This document shows, one piece after another, positions 12,230 through 25,018 of a stretch of DNA of 64,000 nt. This DNA comes from Guillardia theta CCMP2712. Its lineage: Eukaryota; Protista; Cryptophyta. Both the position numbers and the translations under genes were made by a program. Below the pieces are notes generated by a model. It searched no databases and was not told the origin of the DNA. It was given only the letters and a program-made list of their open reading frames with translations. Each line of letters starts with the position of its first letter. Positions within the stretch are counted from its first letter, which is position 1. The stretch spans positions 59,895 to 123,894 of the forward strand of contig NW_005434591.1 of assembly GCF_000315625.1 (NCBI RefSeq), written 5' to 3'.

Positions 12230-13812
12230 ACAAGTTTCCAGCATAATTCGTTGTTTGTAAAGTAAACTGCAGACTCTAACTTCTCCGCCTGTGTTCTTTG
12301 CCCCTATCAGAAAAACTCAGCTGGATCATAAAGAAACCATCATGATCATGCCCACCTTGTCAGGCTCTTCTTCGTCATTACGATCAAGGTCCAGCAAAAA
12401 TTCTTCTTCTCCATCGTCATTGGTCGTTATTAAGACGTGATCTGACGGTTGAATATTGAGCTCGGCGCCTCTTTCAGAGCACTGATCAGACGAGCAACTG
12501 TTCGGCTCTCTGCAAAAAGGATGAGAGGCAGTCTCTTCACTGCCGTCATGCTGAGCTTGCTCGATGGGCTGCGAGTGTTTCAAGTCTTTGCCATTGTCAA
12601 AAATCTTGTGGTAGTGATCAGGTAAATCGTCTTTTTGCTGCAGGGCAGAAATTCTTGTCAAAGATATCGGCCATGTCAATATCAGGCAGTCAACCTCGAA
12701 CAAGCTTGCGTCCTCCTCTTTCAACAGCAAATCTTCCACATCGTACGTCAGGTTGACATCCTGCAGTGCCCGCAAGAAGTCTTTGCGTTCAAGGACACGC
12801 GAGTCAGAGTATTGTGACCAGCTTTATCTTCTATCACCTTGGAATGTGTTTGTTGAGATCCTTCGTATCGTAACCAACACAAGAGCAAACCCTCCCGGCC
12901 GCAGTCTCCGCAAGATTGTATGTACAAGTGGTTCAACCTGAGAAGTCTTTCAAGGTTCCGGTCAGTTGTAACAATCAGGTCATCCATGTTCCTCCACTTA
13001 CGAAGTAAAGTACGTCACTTGCAACGACTGCTTCGAAGGAATCGTCAACTCCAAGGGCGCTGTGGATGCAGATGCGTAAGAGAAGACCGGAATTCTTCCT
13101 CCCATGTTCACTGACGGAGGGCAGTGCGTTGCAGATGCGATGTCTCCGTTCGACCAATGTCCTGAACACATGTTCAGCCATTCCCCATTCTCCACCACTT
13201 CAACATGTTACGGAGATCCTTGCCAACGTTATCAGGCAGATCCGACTCCCAAACATGTCTGCAGATCGCCAGCCTCTGCTCCTTTGATTCCCAGCAGCTT
13301 TCGTCATCCACCCACGAGCCGATGTCCTTCAAGCCGCAGATGCATCTGCATGGCAAGACAATGCTTCATCTCCATCGTCTTATCTCTGTGCTCCCTCACC
13401 TTCTCAGATCAGTCAATGAAGGAATGCTGCAGTCCGTGAAGGTGCCTGAAAACCTTTACAGTCACCACCACATGCCGCATCCTTTGCCCATCAACAAGCA
13501 GTAAGCACGGCGATGCCTCTTACAGGAAGCGGCTCCAAGCTCAAGCGCTGTCATACCAACCAGCCCAGTCCCGCATCCCAGCTCAAGAACCTGCTTCCCT
13601 GAGACGCTGAAAGTTCCACCGCTCACGTGCTCGTCGAGGTATCGGGCCAACAACAGGCTCCCAGACCAAGTCTTCTTGCCGAGAGCGACATGCCGCTCAG
13701 CTCGGTAGGGGAGATTCACAAGGCAATTTTGAAAGCGTATCGTCCTCAACCTGTAATCGTGCAGCATGCAGCGATCACCCCGACAGCTGTCGAACCTTGT
13801 AAACCAATCCAT
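12230..13812 (-). CDS. SAM-dependent protein-lysine methyltransferase, METTL21/Methyltransf_16 family
   Basis: GKKTWSGSLLLARYL, motif I VLELGCGTGLVG, LTDL, motif FEAVVASDVLY; acidic C-terminal tail; ends approximate. Confidence 0.85.
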
Positions 13813-14847
13813 CAGTTAGCTTCAAAGCCGTCGAGGTAATCTGTTGAAACAGCACCAGCAAGCGACACCCATCTATGTATCAACCAATCACATCACGCAT
13901 AAGTTCATGACAGAGCGAAGAATACGCTGACAATAAAATAATACAGATGAAAACACGCTTCTAAAATAAATTCTTCATGCAGTGTCGTGAAGCTCCCTAC
14001 CATGAAAGCAAAGGCACTATTCATCAGCATCCTCTCAATCTTCATCAGTTTCTGTCACTTCTCGTGATATTGCATTTTCACTCCATTCACTCGCTTTGTT
14101 CTCTCCCCTCCTTGCTCGCAGCTGCTGCGCTTTCTCCGTGCAACGAGCATTATTTTATTCCCCACCTTTGGTAGCATAGGGGGCTTCACCTCAGACCTTA
14201 GGATCATAGTAGCTCCTGGTACAAATGTTTTAGTCAAGGGGAGGGCTAACTAATCCCCTGCAGAGTTTCAGTCCCCCACAACGGGCCGCACAACTGGCGG
14301 CCGGCGGGCACGCTGCCCGGCCGGGTCACGAGCCTACTGTTGTCCTCGTGCTGATCTTTAACTGGCCACTGAGGCGGCGCCGCGCCCTTGCATGACCTAA
14401 AGAGACGGTCTGCTACTGAAATTCGGTGTAACTTCAGACGGGGTACTACTACCCGCAATTTAAAGCTCATATGGGGGGGTCATGAAGAATTGCGGCGGGC
14501 ACGTGGACAAAGGTCGCCGCTAGTCCCTGAAGTCCGTGAGCCCCGGGGAGATGCCGGTCGATGCCTCCGGCTTTAGGTGTCGCCTCGTGACTGACCCCAT
14601 AAAACTATTTTTGTTGCAACCCCCTTTCAAGGTTACCTCGTGACCCCTGTGCCGGGATCCAGAGAACACAACGGTTCGAAACCTATCCTTGTAAGGCTCC
14701 CTCCGACTCCCTGGAGGGATGGAGGGCATCTCCGGATCTTGCTTTTCTGTGCCCCATCCGACACGACGTGCTTCGTTTCCTGTCGCAAACTCAACGCCAC
14801 GGGATCCATCAAGGGTGCAGTAAGAACCGATAGAGTTGTAATCTGCC

Positions 14848-15426
14848 TTGCCATCGTATCCTCGATCCTACAATACGGCAACTGTGAAGAGCAAGGGCTG
14901 GAATTCTTCACAAGCAAGGCAAGGCTTGCTCTCGTGCTTTGGATTTGGAGCAAGCAAAATGATTGCATGTGTCACTGTGGCGACAACAGTTACAGGAGAA
15001 ACTGCGCCAAGCTCCTCAGAATGTGAATTTGCTAATCCATCTTCAAGGAGCCCCGGCTTACTGGTTTCATCTTCATGTTTGCCTTCATCACAATTCGCCA
15101 TACCCGTTTCCACCGACATTGATGGTCCTTCTCACCATAGAATTCCGAGTTCTGAAGTTTCTGCTTCGTCAAGGCGTTCAGACTCATTGCTACCCGTCTC
15201 TCCACGTGAGGGCGTCGACCAGGCACTGCAAATCGCCACGTTAAACATCGATGTTGCCAAATTCAACACTTTTTCTGCTCGTTCAAAGAAGCACTTGTTG
15301 GCCCTTGCAAACTCCATCAACTACATGACTAAATTGCAAGAAGTGGAGGGTGGAAGTGTTGATGGCAAGCCCCTTCCATGCGTCTCTGCAGGAATTGCTC
15401 ATAGAACGTCACGTCACATGCCTTGA
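14848..15426 (+). CDS. Hypothetical protein (orphan family, copy A); 5' part unclear or possibly decayed
   Basis: ORF ends …LALANSINYMTKLQEVEGGSVDGKPLPCV, similar to the opposite-strand ORF 15674-16060. Confidence 0.45.
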   Translation: MPSYPRSYNTATVKSKGWNSSQARQGLLSCFGFGASKMIACVTVATTVTGETAPSSSECEFANPSSRSPGLLVSSSCLPSSQFAIPVSTDIDGPSHHRIPSSEVSASSRRSDSLLPVSPREGVDQALQIATLNIDVAKFNTFSARSKKHLLALANSINYMTKLQEVEGGSVDGKPLPCVSAGIAHRTSRHMP

Positions 15427-15673
15427 TACCTTAATAGAACATTATTTTTTTGTGAAATGAATACAAACCAGCAATATAGAAAAATTTGCAAAATTCTGAA
15501 TTATCTCTAAGATTGATACGAAACACGAAATCATACTTTTTGGTTTCGATCAGTGTATCAAGTCGTGATAAGCTTGGTTCGGTTTTGCGTTGAACAATAT
15601 GACTGAATTGTGGAAAACGTCTGCATGTTTATTCAATTAATATTAGTACAAGAATACATCATTGTCGATTCAT

Positions 15674-16060
15674 CTACACTGAAACTGCTTTGAAATTCAC
15701 GCACGGCAATTCTTTGCCATCAATGCTGCCCTCATTATCCCTTTGCAAGTTTTCAATGAAAACAATACTATGATGTAGAGCTTGTAGTCTTTTTCTTTGA
15801 TAGGTGGACAAGGTGAAGTTCTTTGAGGTCAAACCCAAACAAAATAGGGCGAATGAAGCTTCTTTTTGCATCTCGGATCCAGCATCATTGTTTATTTGAG
15901 AAGCAATTCCTTTCAGAGAGCACTCGACATGTCCGCTTTTGCATTGAGTTTTAGGGTGAGGGCCTTGATATTCCATGTCAGGGTTGTTTGATCGTTGACA
16001 AACTAATACGCTTGACACTGTGTTCCCCACGTGTTCTTGATCCAATGATGCACTTGGCAT
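15674..16060 (-). CDS. Hypothetical protein (orphan family, copy B)
   Basis: ORF ends …LQALHHSIVFIENLQRDNEGSIDGKELPCV, paralogous to 14848-15426. Confidence 0.45.
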   Translation of the reverse strand: MPSASLDQEHVGNTVSSVLVCQRSNNPDMEYQGPHPKTQCKSGHVECSLKGIASQINNDAGSEMQKEASFALFCLGLTSKNFTLSTYQRKRLQALHHSIVFIENLQRDNEGSIDGKELPCVNFKAVSV

Positions 16061-17024
16061 TCACGAGCTGATTTAGCAACGAGCAAATTTGCTGATTTCC
16101 TTATCCTTTAGAGTAGCAACTTTTCCCCAAATGTATATCAGTTGTCTTCAGTGCAAAAACCGGATCAGCACTACTAGACAATCTTCCTCGGGACCACAGG
16201 AAAGATACTGCTTGTTTTCCTCACCAACTTTCGGCGGAGTATGTAGAAGTTGGACTTATGTATTTGTTCCCTCCCCGCGCCTTGATAGACACCTGCCCGA
16301 TCCCTTCGACCCCTCTACGGGTCATGGTCACGCCGAATCCCTTGAAGCACAACGATTCACCATAAATAGGAGGGTCGAGAATTTTCGATCACGTCACAGT
16401 TCTTCTGATAGGACGTATTTTGATACACAGGCCCGCAATTTATTTTTTGGTTCCATTTGGTTTGAATCGATTGCTTGCCCTCGCCGTTCCGTGCAGATCA
16501 CGGCCCATATCAGGATACCTTCCTCCGTCACGTGGGAAGCCGCATCTGGAGCAGGAGATTGCAACGTTCCGTATCAACCAGACCTCATGATTGCCTTGAA
16601 AAGCTTTTCTTCCAATCACGTCTTGGTAGCTCAAACTTCGAGATTGCAACGTTTGGAATCCTAGGATCTCATAAAGAGCTCGTTGTTCCCACGCCTTTTG
16701 TTACTGCATTGCGCATCACTACCCCACCCCACCCATAATTTCAAAGGTTCACCCTACCCTACCGATTCCCCTGAATTGTCTCTGGATTTCTAATGAGACT
16801 GTATACCCACCCTATTGATAAGACAGTTTGACAACCCCACCCCCTGATTGTCAACATCATTACCCCGACCCTTCCCCCCTTGACTTCTTCGTTTCGTTGC
16901 GCGAAGGCCGCTCGGCTACTTGAATTCCCCCCCCCCCATTCCCCCCTGCCGTATTCTCATACTTCCCCAAACACATTCCCTCCTCTTGTTTGCTTCTTTG
17001 TGCTCCTCATCTCTGGATCCCGCC

Positions 17025-18275
17025 ATGACGGCAGATAACCTGAGTGAGGAGCTTACATCTGCTTTCCTGAGCTACTCCTCCCCGCGCTCTTCTCCCAGGG
17101 GCATGGCAAACGACGACAAGAGCAGCCACACTGATCATTTCAGCAAGAACCCTCGCGTTCCCTCTCCAACCTCGCGCCCCGGGAGGGCTTCCCCCCCTCG
17201 AAACATCTCGCCGACCAACTCGTCGAGCCGAATGGGCTCAGCTGGCGCAAGCAGCTTTACGCGTGCAAGGAGCTCCTCCCTCCCCACGACCACCACAAGA
17301 CGGATAACTTCGCCTTCCTCTGCTCCTCGTCTAAACACCCAGTCTCGAGATCCAGGAGCCAAGGGGCTGCGTCGAGGCTCCGAGAGCGCACGACCAGAGA
17401 TACCCTGGCTCGTGCTGCCAACCCCTCAATTGCCAACGGGCTCCTGCCTGACTTCACATCGTTGGGCAGGTCGTGAGCCTTGTGCCAAGCCAGCCGCGAA
17501 GAGTCCCTTGACAAGTCTGAAACTCTACACGATCTCGGAGAGCCTTCCTGCAGTGTTCGTCTCGCCTTCCACGTCGCCAAAGTATTCCAGCGGAGCAGGG
17601 CAGACTGACAGCAAGAGTTGGAAGGCACGGTATGGCCGTACAGTTGGATCAAGGAACCATTCTTCCTCTAAGTCTTCATCCTGCTTGTCCTCTAGCTTGC
17701 AAGGGCATCGGGCGTGCAAGGAGTTCCAATTGGCATACCACGAACGGCGATCAACTGGCAAGATGTACATGAGAGGGATGCTTGACGTCAGGAGCAGCCT
17801 TGCCGACTCGCAAGTAATGAGTGTCTGGGGGAAGATAGAAGACGGCATCGCGCAAGACAGCAGGAGGAGGCTGAACCTGTTCGCCAATGATACTTACACA
17901 ACTCCTATCTACTCCATCGCGCTCCCTTCTGTCTCCGTGGTCCTGGTTCCTGACAAAGCCCTGTCGTTTGCGATGCATATCAGCAATGAATCTGGGACAG
18001 AGTCGAATGGAGTCTGGATAACAGCGCCATCCAGCACATTTCGCCTTAGATGGCTGCTGGCATTGGAGGAGGCAGGGGCAAGAATCATCACAGAGACATT
18101 CGATGATGAAGGAGTGGATTGTGACAACGGGAAGATGGTGGAGCAGGTACTGGCCCTCCGTGTCTCAGGGAGAACTGCCGAAGCGCTAGACTTAGAAGCC
18201 CCCTACTCCTTTCCACGCTATCTTCGCTATTTCAACTGGCAGAGCCTGTTCTCGTCCTTCGTTCAAATGAGCTGA
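17025..18275 (+). CDS. Ser/Pro-rich disordered protein with C-terminal PH-like domain (single exon)
   Basis: Long intronless ORF from ATG 17025; MRGMLDV…VWGKIE…LNLF…SIAL…VWITAPSSTFRLRWLLALEEAGARI. Confidence 0.7.
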   Translation: MTADNLSEELTSAFLSYSSPRSSPRGMANDDKSSHTDHFSKNPRVPSPTSRPGRASPPRNISPTNSSSRMGSAGASSFTRARSSSLPTTTTRRITSPSSAPRLNTQSRDPGAKGLRRGSESARPEIPWLVLPTPQLPTGSCLTSHRWAGREPCAKPAAKSPLTSLKLYTISESLPAVFVSPSTSPKYSSGAGQTDSKSWKARYGRTVGSRNHSSSKSSSCLSSSLQGHRACKEFQLAYHERRSTGKMYMRGMLDVRSSLADSQVMSVWGKIEDGIAQDSRRRLNLFANDTYTTPIYSIALPSVSVVLVPDKALSFAMHISNESGTESNGVWITAPSSTFRLRWLLALEEAGARIITETFDDEGVDCDNGKMVEQVLALRVSGRTAEALDLEAPYSFPRYLRYFNWQSLFSSFVQMS

Positions 18276-18371
18276 GTGCTAGTAATAAATCTTTCGTTTT
18301 GATGATTTGTAGCACATCGTTATTTGTACCTTTACTTGCGTGGCAGAAAAGAGGGGAACGTATCTCAACTG

Positions 18372-19721
18372 TCAGATCGTGAAAGAATCCGCCTCAACCT
18401 CGTACTCATCACACGCGCTCAACATTTTCGACCGGCTGATTTTGTTTCCCTTCAAGTCCAACCTCAGAGAACGGCCGCATTCACCCAGCACAGAGACGAG
18501 GATGCGGAATCCTGCGTCGCTGATTTCGTTTCCGCAAAGGTCGAGCTGGGTCAAGCAAGTGGCAGCAGGGAGGACAGAAGCGATAAGGTTGACCCCTCTG
18601 TCCAGCAAGGCGTTCTTGCAAAGATTCAAGCTCTTGAGCATGGGGCATTTGGGTATCATCGACGCTATGTGCTTTGCTCCTTCGGCAAGGAGGGTGTTGT
18701 CCCCAAGGTGTAATGATGTCAGGCATCGGCAACGCGCCAGGCAAGCGCTCAGCTTTTCGATGCCATCGGGCCCGATGCTGTTGCTTCTCAGGTCGATGGC
18801 CTGTAGCGACTCTAGCTTAGGAAGAGCCCCCGCGATTCTCTTGGCTCCTTCTGCCTGCAGCCTCATCAGCATCGCCCGCAATCACAGGAGGAGCGAGCGG
18901 ACCTGAAGATCGTTGCCCTGCAAGTTGAGAAACTCGACATGCTCCAGCTCCGTGAGGGCCCACACGATCTTCGAGCACCCGACAGCGCCGATGCCGTTCT
19001 CAGAGACGTCGAGACTCTGCAAGTTCCTGAGGTGGACGACAGTCTCAGCAAGCCTAACCGCTCCCTTGATCGACATCTGGTTGAAACTCATGACTAACTT
19101 GAGCTCTGGGTGCCATCCTTGCCTCATGCCGGACAGCAGAGCCAACATCATCTTGTGCTGACTCTTGCTGGACAGCTCGATGTCGACACGCTCGCAGTAC
19201 TGTCGGATGTTGGCATGCGCGAGGTCCAGCAGCCCGCACTTCTTCTTCGCCTTCAGCAGAACATGGCGCGACTTGGCAAGTTCGACCCTCAGCTGTCTAC
19301 ATGCCTTCTGACCAGCGATAACGCGATTGGCTGGCCATATTCGGCACAGGAGGTCACATCCTAGAGAGAGAAGGTTTAGAGCACTGGGCTCTCCTCCAAC
19401 CCCCCTGGTGTCTCCACAACACGGCCGATCCTCCTCCTCCCTCGGCATGCTCTCCATGGCCTCGAGGCTGTTGGTCAGAGCGATCAACCGATGCCGCATC
19501 CTCTTGATTTCCTTGCGTCTCGAGGCTTTCTCGAGCTCGTAGAGCAGCTCCTCTATGGAAGCTTCTTCGATCGCTGCTTCTCGCGTCCTCTCCTTGTCAG
19601 CCTGTTCATCCTGCTCGAAATGCATGGATCGTTCGCGCCAGTGTCCCTGGTCCTGGTCCTGGTCCTGCTCCTGCTCCTGCTCCTTCTCCCCGTCAGTTTC
19701 CATCCCGCGCTTGGCGCTCAC
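18372..19721 (-). CDS. RNI-like leucine-rich repeat protein
   Basis: Repeated LxxLxLxxNxIxxxGxxxL units (LQSLDVSENGIGAVG, LEFLNLQGNDL, LTSLHLGDNTLLAEG, LTQLDLCGNEISDAG); one intron near 18856-18903; true start probably near MET at ~19650. Confidence 0.88.
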
Positions 19722-20070
19722 TGCATTGAATCAAACCCGCCTACCGTAGTACTCCGAGACCTCGAAATTTCAGTGTATTCACTAAAATTATACGATGTGG
19801 ATCGAAATTCTGAGATAGAATCCAAGAGAATTTGAAACCCTGGCAATGCTGTTGAGGTACCGGCATTTTTCATCAGGATCTGATCGGACAAGACGAGCGG
19901 CTTCGGGTTGTGTGTGCGAATTCGAGGAATGAAGCATGAAAGAAGAAGAGAAAGGCTACCTTCATACACAGATTCATCAACGACCAAGAGCAAGATACGG
20001 CGAAAGCACAGCTGAGAATCTCAGCAGAAAGGAGACCAGGAACAAGAGTTGAGAGCTTCATTTAACTTGG

Positions 20071-21570
20071 TCAGGCAGTTCGGAGGAGAGGTGGCATGAT
20101 AGCAAAGAGATCGATGTCTAACTCAACCGGCTCCCTCGGCTTTCCCTTGGCCGTCCCTGTAGGGATGAACCATACCTTCCTCTCCGCCTTGTAGTCCACC
20201 GCTCCTATGGAGAGCGCGTCGAGCTGCATGAAGATGCCATGCTCGGACTCCTTCCACTGCCACTGAGTGCTGCTCTTGTCCCTCCAGACCTGAGAGATGT
20301 GATGAGAGCAGAGATAGAAGCAGGGACGAAGGATAGAAGTAGGGGGGAAGTTGGTTGGAGAGGATGACGGTGGCGGGGGGACAGCTTGAGGACGGGAGGG
20401 GGAGTAGGAGATGGAAGGGTGGGAGAGTCAGAAAGGGGAGACAAAAGAAAGGCCAAGGCCAAAGGGGCAGCAGGATGACCTGAGGGAACGCGACGTTTCT
20501 TTTCTCTGCAATGATAAGGAGGGCGAGGGCCTTGTTGTCCGCGGCGAACGTTCGCAGGAAGTCACAGCACTGGGAGTTGGCCTGGGGGCTGTCGAACCCA
20601 GCTTCGATTCCAATCATCTGCAGCGCCTCTCCCTGCCTCGAGGGCTGCATGTAGACGATAGACTTCACCTCACCTGGCAACCAGCCAACAGTCAGGGAGG
20701 AAGGGAGGGGGGAGGGAGGGGAGGAGAAGATTGTAGAAGGAACCTTGCTGAGAAAACTGAGTGATGACGTTGGTCAGCGAGTCCTTCACGAACTGCTCGA
20801 TGATGGACTCGGAGAAGCCGATGGGCTGGAATGCAACGCTCGTTGTCTCCTTCTCGCTCTCCTTGCTATCTCCTCCAGCCACCAGCCGCAGCCCTGATTT
20901 CTTGTTCTCCTCTTTCTTTCGCTCCCCTTGCTCTGCTGCCCCTGAGTACGGAGTAAGACGGGAAAGTTATGGATATGACCAGAAATATTGAAGAAGATCC
21001 AAACAGAAGAGCAGAGGAGTCGAGAAAGAAAAGAGGCACAAACAAAGTCATGCAATCCGAGACGTAAATCGACATCGGGCTCACTTTTTCGATTCACGTC
21101 ACGTAACAGTGTGGATATCTCCTTGCTTTTAGGCTCTAGCTCAAGTGCCTTGGAAAGGACTTCAGAAGCCTCGTCCCATCTAAAACAACTGTGAGCATCC
21201 CAGAGCTCCCACCAACATCAACATCCGTACTTTCTCAGAGCCGCAAGCGCCGATCCCTTCCTGAAGTACCCCTTCGCCCAGTCAGGTTTGAGGGCGATCG
21301 CCTGTTCTGCATCCTTAATTGCTTTGATCTCCTTTCCCAAGTGAATGAAAGCAGCTGCTCGGTTGCTGCATCATCGTCAAGAAGACACTTAGTGAGCAGT
21401 CAGACAAGGAAGTACCTATAGAGGACGCCGTTGTCAGGATCCGACTTGATGGCCTTGTTGTAAGCTGCTACTGCCTTGACGTAGTCGCCTGCAGCGAAGT
21501 GTTGATTTCCCTCCTTCTTGTGCACTTCATGCTCCGGACAGTCGGTGCCTGAGTTCACGGGTTCCGGCAT
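20071..21570 (-). CDS. TPR-domain protein (STI1/HOP-like TPR clamp) with unknown C-terminal domain
   Basis: HKKEGNQHFAAGDYVKAVAAYNKAI, NRAAAFIHLGK…DAEQAIALKPDWAKGYFRKGSAL, ALELEPKSKEI; ends …DLFAIMPPLLRTA*. Confidence 0.85.
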
Positions 21571-21902
21571 TGACCTGAGAACCAGTGAGGCAACAGCTAT
21601 CTCCTTATCCCACAATAGACAGCACGTCGAACACAGGTGCATCCAGGGATGTCAACTGCCTCCCCCCCCCCCCCAAACCCCCCTCTCCTCTTTTATACCC
21701 CCTCCTCACTAGCATGCGACAACAGTTCTCCTCCTCCTCCCCTCCCTCCTTCCCCACCTCCCCTTCCCTCCCCTCCCTCCTCCTCCTCCTCCCCTCTCTC
21801 CTCTCCTCGTCAACGCACATGGAATGAGGGGTTTTGTTTCCCGCCAACTTAACCGTTACCAAACCGTTTGGCGTTTTACTGCCGTTTGTGTGCACCGTGA
21901 AG

Positions 21903-24190
21903 ATGGCAGACCAGAGGCTGTTGGACATGGTGGGAACCGCTCACATCTCCGTGCTCAAAGGTAGCGGCTGATGCGGCCGATGACGGCTACATGCTGGGAG
22001 TCAGGCCGAACATGGTCCGGAGGGTCAGTGCCGTACACGTGTGCTATGTAGCAGCGGGCCATGGCATCGGCTCACATGGAAGCTGTTTCGAAGGGGACGC
22101 CGGAGCACGGAACTTCCGGGGTCAAGGACATCGAGGATGTGACGTCGAGACTGCATGACGTGGCGTTTGAGGTTCTCTCATCCAACAGGGCAGACGGAGA
22201 CAGCGTGAACGCAATCAGGTCGACTTTGACTTCTTACCTCGAGTTCAGCGAGCACCATACCGGCAGGGAGGTTGTCAGCGATAGAAGTTCCTGGGATCAC
22301 AAGCAGAAGAAGGAGGAGCTGCGGCACATCCTTAGCCAGCGAGCTCCGATCGATGTCTTCTTTGAGATCTCGAGGCTGCTGGATGGGATGAGGAGGAGGG
22401 AGTACGTGGCAGCGCAACTGAGGGCAAAGATCTTGAAGAGACACAAATTCCTTTCAGAAACGACGTCCGACCAGCTCTACCACCTGGACATCAAGGAGAT
22501 GGACCTGAAGCGAAGAGTGGAGGAGAGAGACTTTGGGGTCAGTTCTGCAAGGATAGACTCCCAAGAAGACTTGCTCATCAAGAAGGTTGCTGTCTCCATG
22601 GACCCTGTGACAAACCTTGTCCTCCAGGTAGCAGTCCGATAGCTGTGTAAGTTCTAATCAAATGTGTTTTGATGCTTGTAGATTGCGCTTGGCGAAGGAG
22701 GCTCAGATCGAGTTGTTGTCTTGTCAAGTCTGCAAGAGTCGTTGAAACTGGCCACTGCGGTCCCGAAGCAAAAGGACGTCTCCGAGGCTGTGAGTGAGGG
22801 ACTCCTCTGTCCGACTTTGAATCTCATTTGCTCGTTTTCCCGCAGGAGCTACACATCCTGACCGATCGAGCAAAGGCGCTGGTGTCTGCTGCACACTCTC
22901 TCCTGCTCTTCATGACGGCATCCTTCTGCTCGCAGGTGACTCTTTGCGAGAACCTCCGGGAGGAGTACCTGGACAGGATGAAGCAGAACGGGCGCTCTCC
23001 TCGCTTAGAGCAGCTCTTTGCAAAGCAGAGGAAACAGTACGAATTCCGCAACCTCCTTCAAAAATACGGATCGGTGCTTCTCTCTTCCCAGGGAGACCTT
23101 GCTTTAATGCTTACGGCTGAAAACATTACAGGCATCGTCAAACTTAACTGCGATTCTACAGTCACGCGTATGCCTCTCCTTTCTCCCAGATTCTCTTGTT
23201 GACGCCTTGTACATAAAGATCAGGTCAACTCTCTACATCAGAAGCAAGTCAGCTCGTGTCCTGCAGGTATATCAGTGTCTTCGTCTGCCATTGTGGGCAA
23301 GCTGTGATCGATTCACTCACGTGAACAACAGCGCTCGATCAGATGCTGTGCATGCCGCCTGCACTTCGTGGGCATGGCGGGCGCTTGTAAGCTTCTGCAG
23401 GCGGTGACAAAGTGAGTCAGCCCGACATGGAGTGTAACAGAGAGCTGAACCATGTCTCCTCCAGGAGGTGCCTAGCTCCAGCACCAGGCGGGATGGACGT
23501 GCAATCTGTATGTTGTGGCAGCGCACACACGTCTCCGTGCCTTACGTGCTGGATAGGTCTCGAGCATGTCTTCGCGATCCTTGCGGTCAGGAGTCACAGC
23601 CGGGGATGGGGAGATCCGAGAGGAAGGCGACGACAGCATCGGCATCGGCATGCTTTCTGGTTCACATGGGGACCTTTCTGAGGCCATCAGAAGGATTCAG
23701 GCATTCGAACGCAAGGTGAAGCAAGCAGATCGGTCGCAAGAGAAGAAGCTCCGGGACGAGCTACAATCGTTGAAAGGTGGGTCCGACCAGGTACGATCCG
23801 ACTGCAAGGCTCGCAGTTTCCCGGCCTTTGACGCTGACAGTTGCAGCAAACTGCTGGTGTGAATAGTTCCAACGTAACGAGCCTTGATGATGTGACCAGG
23901 CTCTTCAATGCACTTGAGGTTCAGATCGTCAACATTATGCGAGCCTTCGTCTAAATTGATTCCCAGGAGGCGGTCAAAGATAGATCATTGTCAAGGGACG
24001 AATTGAGGTACAGGTTTCAAGGCTTCCAGGTTTATTTTCATCCCCTTCCTTCCTCTTTCCTCTGTTTTCGTCCTCCTCCTCCTCCTCCTCCTCCTCTTGC
24101 TTTCCCAACATGCGCTCACTGATTTTTTTGAAGGGTGCAGTTCAGGTTATGGATAACCTTCTAGGGTCTCGAAAACGAGAGGTTTCGTGA
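21903..24190 (+). CDS. Multi-exon hypothetical, largely helical/coiled-coil protein
   Basis: Large coding exon 22061-22628 plus many short exons joined by ~50-nt introns; ends GSRKREVS* (TGA 24188-24190). Confidence 0.6.
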
Positions 24191-25018
24191 TGTTTGTTGA
24201 GAATATATACACATAAAACATGGTTTTTCTGTGTTGTATGCAATTCCAGTCCCCCAGTACTTCCTAATTGTATGAATATTGTTTCTTATCTTTAACTTTG
24301 GTACTATCTCAAATATATTACATTTTAAAGATTCAAGGTGCTCCCATTAACGGCTGCAGACTTTCCACCCCTTGGTCCCTCCCGTTCCAAGTACCCTTTT
24401 TGTTAATACCCCTACCCCCAACATTTTCAATTTGTCCCGAATACTACCCCCTCACCCCTATAAGAGATATGGAATGTACCGGTATATAGTTTTTATTGTC
24501 GTAGTGCTGCTGATAGGTGCTGGATACCACCCGTACTCAATTTACCCCCACCCCCTTTTTGATGAAACGTAACAGTCTTAAATTCACTGGGGTTCGAGTC
24601 TGCGAGCAAACAAGCTACAGGGGCGCGAAAACGAACAAGAAAGCGAAGGAGTAGAAGTGTTGACAAGCAAGAGAGCAGGAGGAGACGAAGAGAGGAGAGG
24701 AGAGAGGAGAAGAGAACTACAGGAGAAAAGTACAAGGAAGAAGCGACGGGAAGTTGAGGTACATGGAACTGTGTGTTGCTCCTTGAGTTATAGTCGAGTG
24801 GTGTTAGTAGTTCTGGAGCAAGGAGAGAAGCCAGAGGGAAGAAGAGTAGAGGAGTTACTGCGTGTTCAATTCGAACCTGCACAACAATTTATCAGCATAA
24901 CCCAGAGACAAGGAGCGGAAGAATCCGCGACGGCGACCAAGGTTGGATCCAGAAGCCATTCCGAACATTGAGAGCAAGATAGCCAAGAACCATTCTGGTT
25001 CACATCAAATCAGCAGAC

